This document shows, one piece after another, positions 1 to 1,282 of a stretch of DNA of 1,282 nt (position 1 is the stretch's first letter; each line of letters begins with the position of its first letter). The position numbers and the translations under genes were made by a program. The DNA is from Naegleria gruberi (lineage: Eukaryota), in the NCBI GenBank assembly GCA_000004985.1, contig GG739458.1. One strand, written 5' to 3'. The notes beneath the pieces are model-generated. The model did no database searches and was not told where the DNA came from. It worked only from the letters and a program-made list of their open reading frames with translations.

Positions 1-519
1 AAATTCAACACAGTAATTATGCAAATATTCAAGAATATAATTTTTTAAGTGCAATTCATTTGTGCATTGAGATAAATACAGTTCAATTTCTTCCCATTTC
101 TTGGAAAGATTTTGAATGGTCAGAGATTGAATAAATTGGAATACACACAACTTTTTCAATTCTATAAATTCATTATTCTGGAATAATCCTAAAATGAATA
201 ATACATTCAAAATTTCGTCATCATTAAATTTCAATTTAATCTCATTATAAAGTTGCGAGTCAATTAATTTTTGAATAATTTGCTGTTGAGTTGAATTCAG
301 AGATGAAATTAGTGGCTCGTTCTTTAAAATCAATTTAGAAAATAATGGTGATAATATTTCAATGAGAGGAATGAATGCATAAATTGAGGTTTCGAATAGT
401 AAATCTCTTGAATGTTTTTTTAACTTGATTTCAAGTTTTTGTGGATATTTAAATCCACCAATATGAGGATTTTTTGATATATCAAAAGTAGAATCACCTC
501 CATGTCCTCGTTTCCATTT
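1..519 (-). CDS. C-terminal continuation of the same gene in the -1 frame (codon starts p=1 mod 3), 3'-partial. Degenerate final NHL blade followed by a non-NHL, probably helical region
   Basis: Every codon from 517-519 down to 1-3 was translated by hand: 173 sense codons, no TAA/TAG/TGA. The peptide starts KWKRGHGGDSTFDISKNPHIGGFKYPQKLEIKLKKHSRDLLFETSIYAFIPLIEILSPLFSKLILKNEPLISSLNSTQQQIIQKLIDSQLYNEIKLKFNDDEILNVLFILGLFQNNEFIELKKLCVFQFIQSLTIQNLSKKWEEIELYLSQCTNELHLKNYILEYLHNYCVEF. The same frame has a TGA at 580-582 (plus 'tca'), so it opens only downstream of the frameshift. There is no ATG in this frame, which argues against an independent gene. Confidence 0.7.
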
Positions 520-551
520 CCAGCAATTGTTATAATATTTCCATTCTCCAA
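420..551 (-). repeat. Frameshifted, degenerate last NHL blade in the window (unit 5)
   Basis: Starts LENGNIITIAGNG, a perfect match to the blade start, then loses frame at 511-513. In the -1 frame it continues (K)RGHGGDSTFDISKNPHIGGFKYPQKL, a degenerate match to GYGGDNGLATSAQLNYPSGVF. Confidence 0.6.
505..516 (-). other. Frameshift point: apparent 1-nt deletion in an A3 homopolymer (plus TTT at 511-513) that breaks the NHL reading frame
   Basis: Minus strand here reads ggaaatggaaacgaggacatggaggtgat. The intact blade 1 reads ggaaatggaaagcagggatatggtggtgat. One extra A would give gga aat gga aaa cga gga cat gga ggt gat, i.e. G N G K R G H G G D, matching the blade consensus GNGKQGYGGD. As it stands the frame gives GNGNEDMEVILLL, which has no NHL character, and reaches TAA at 420-422. 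Confidence 0.75.
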
Positions 552-1282
552 TATTTTTCTCGTTGTGTGATTGTTCGTTTCAGTAATATAAATTTCATAA
601 TTTGTTGAAATAAAAACACCTGATGGATGATTGAGCTGTGCATTTGTTGCATAGCCACCATCACCACCATATCCTGGCTGTTCATTTCCAGCAATTGTTT
701 CAATATTTCCACTCTCATCTATTTTTCTAATACTATGATTGAAAGTGTCTGCAATATATACTTCATTATTTGCTGAAACAAACACGCTGTATGGACGATG
801 GAGCTGTGCAGTTGTTGCAGGACCATTATCACCACTATACCCTGGCTGTCCATTTCCAGCAATTGTTACAATCCTTCCATTCTCTATTTTTCTAATTCTA
901 TGATTGAAAGTGTCAGCAATACAAATTTCATTATTTGTTGAAACAAAGACACTTTGAGGATAATAGAGTTGTGAGCTAGTTGCTGATCCATTATCACCTC
1001 CACATCCTGTCTGTCCATTTCCAGCAATTAATACAATATTTCCATTCTTCACTATTTTTCTAATTCTATTATTATTTTTGTCGGCAATAAAAACTTCATT
1101 GTTTGTTGAAACAAAGACACCCGATGGATAATTGAGTTGTGCACTTGTTGCAAGACCATTATCACCACCATATCCCTGCTTTCCATTTCCTGCAATTGTT
1201 ACAATATTTCCATTCTTCAATATTTTTCTAATTTTATGATTGTTAAAGTCGGCGATGTATACTTCATTATTTGTTGCTGAAA
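510..1282 (-). CDS. NHL-repeat beta-propeller domain, 5'-partial (runs off window end at 1282). Frame with codon starts p=0 mod 3. The ORF-track ORF 420..1220 is the same frame cut short by start/stop rules
   Basis: Five consecutive 55-56 aa units with the NHL pattern I.TIAGNG.(Q/K).GY(G/S)GDNG.AT.AQL..P.(G/S)VFVS(T/A)NNE(V/I)(F/Y/C)IAD...H.IRKI. Codon 1218-1220 is TTG (Leu), not ATG. Hand translation of 1221-1280 gives SATNNEVYIADFNNHKIRKI with no stop, so the gene continues beyond the window. Confidence 0.9.
552..719 (-). repeat. NHL blade-coding tandem repeat unit 4 (168 bp, 56 aa), more diverged
   Basis: Encodes DESGNIETIAGNEQPGYGGDGGYATNAQLNHPSGVFISTNYEIYITETNNHTTRKI. Confidence 0.85.
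720..884 (-). repeat. NHL blade-coding tandem repeat unit 3 (165 bp, 55 aa)
   Basis: Encodes ENGRIVTIAGNGQPGYSGDNGPATTAQLHRPYSVFVSANNEVYIADTFNHSIRKI. One codon shorter at the unit junction. Confidence 0.9.
885..1052 (-). repeat. NHL blade-coding tandem repeat unit 2 (168 bp, 56 aa)
   Basis: Encodes VKNGNIVLIAGNGQTGCGGDNGSATSSQLYYPQSVFVSTNNEICIADTFNHRIRKI. Shares long DNA-level identity with neighbouring units, e.g. 'tatttttctaattctat' and 'ttgttgaaacaaagacac'. Confidence 0.9.
1053..1220 (-). repeat. NHL blade-coding tandem repeat unit 1 (168 bp, 56 aa)
   Basis: Encodes LKNGNIVTIAGNGKQGYGGDNGLATSAQLNYPSGVFVSTNNEVFIADKNNNRIRKI. The DNA core 'catttcc(a/t)gcaattg' recurs at plus 515, 683, 851, 1016 and 1184 (spacing 168, 168, 165, 168). 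Confidence 0.9.
1221..1282 (-). repeat. 3' part of a further upstream NHL blade (unit 0), cut by the window edge
   Basis: Hand translation gives (F)SATNNEVYIADFNNHKIRKI, matching the VFVS(T/A)NNE..IAD...H.IRKI half of the blade consensus. Confidence 0.8.

Noticed and set aside
1-420. Independent downstream gene with a TTG start in the 1-420 region
   Set aside because: The open frame contains no ATG at all and is contiguous with the frame-corrected NHL blade. There is no intergenic gap, and no RBS or promoter context can be identified, so a single fused gene is simpler.
1-420. Plus-strand ORFs, e.g. ATG at 20-22 (atg caa ata ttc aag aat ata att ttt taa)
   Set aside because: Only about 10 codons before the stop. 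No plus-strand ORF of meaningful length appears in the track or by eye, and the plus strand is antisense to a well-supported coding frame.
411-424. T8 run as a rho-independent terminator after the listed ORF stop
   Set aside because: No GC-rich hairpin precedes it, the T-run is on the wrong strand for the minus-strand gene (it is an A-run there), and it sits inside an open coding frame.
420-509. Frame-A C-terminal tail NEDMEVILLLIYQKILILVDLNIHKNLKSS with TAA at 420-422 as the genuine C-terminus
   Set aside because: The blade homology leaves this frame at 511-513 and continues in the -1 frame at both nucleotide and protein level. That -1 frame stays open for 173 codons, so this tail is a frameshift artefact.
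505-516. Programmed -1 ribosomal frameshift
   Set aside because: There is no X XXY YYZ slippery heptamer in the zero frame around the site and no obvious downstream stem-loop or pseudoknot. A homopolymer indel is more parsimonious.
480-560. Spliceosomal intron explaining the frame change
   Set aside because: The repeat-unit homology (gga cat gga ggt gat = GHGGD) resumes immediately at the shift point in the new frame, so no sequence is left over to be an intron. A 1-nt indel explains it fully.
530-718. 62-aa minus-strand ORF from the six-frame track (MRVEILKQLLEMNSQDMVVMVAMQQMHSSIIHQVFLFQQIMKFILLKRTITQREKYWRMEIL)
   Set aside because: It lies wholly inside the NHL repeat units in the third, out-of-phase frame. 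Its composition is a by-product of the repeat codons, it has no independent support, and it overlaps a clearly coding frame.
552-1220. CRISPR array, or a noncoding satellite or minisatellite
   Set aside because: The repeat period is 165-168 bp with no spacer/repeat alternation. The units are in-frame coding repeats, one NHL blade each.

Overview
The whole window is AT-rich (about 30% GC overall by eye; about 20-25% over 1-420 and about 35-40% in the Gly-codon-rich repeat region). It is almost entirely one minus-strand gene for an NHL-repeat (six-bladed beta-propeller type) protein, and the gene runs off both ends of the window. Five 165-168-bp tandem repeat units, each one NHL blade of 55-56 aa, are visible at the DNA level. 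Hand translation shows the listed ORF (420..1220, -) is cut short at both ends. Its 'M' start at 1218-1220 is really an in-frame TTG (Leu), and the frame stays open upstream to base 1282, where 'SATNNEVYIADFNNHKIRKI' continues the NHL pattern. Its TAA stop at 420-422 is reached only after the reading frame is lost at an A3 run (minus strand; plus-strand TTT at 511-513) inside the fifth blade in the window (the sixth counting the partial blade at the window edge). At that point the -1 frame (codon starts p=1 mod 3) carries the repeat homology onward: 'GKRGHGGD' matches 'GKQGYGGD' codon for codon. That -1 frame then stays open for 173 codons to base 1, which is very unlikely by chance in AT-rich DNA (estimated P about 5e-7). 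It encodes a non-NHL, K/L/I/Q-rich, probably alpha-helical C-terminal region with no ATG anywhere in frame. The best explanation is a single-base deletion or sequencing error in the homopolymer, or a very recent pseudogenising frameshift. There is no slippery heptamer for programmed frameshifting, and no intron is needed. No RNA genes, mobile elements, CRISPR, promoters or terminators can be supported. Taxon is ambiguous: AGA-Arg, A/T third positions and N/K-rich NHL blades fit either an AT-rich eukaryote (cnidarian or invertebrate-like) or a low-GC bacterium.
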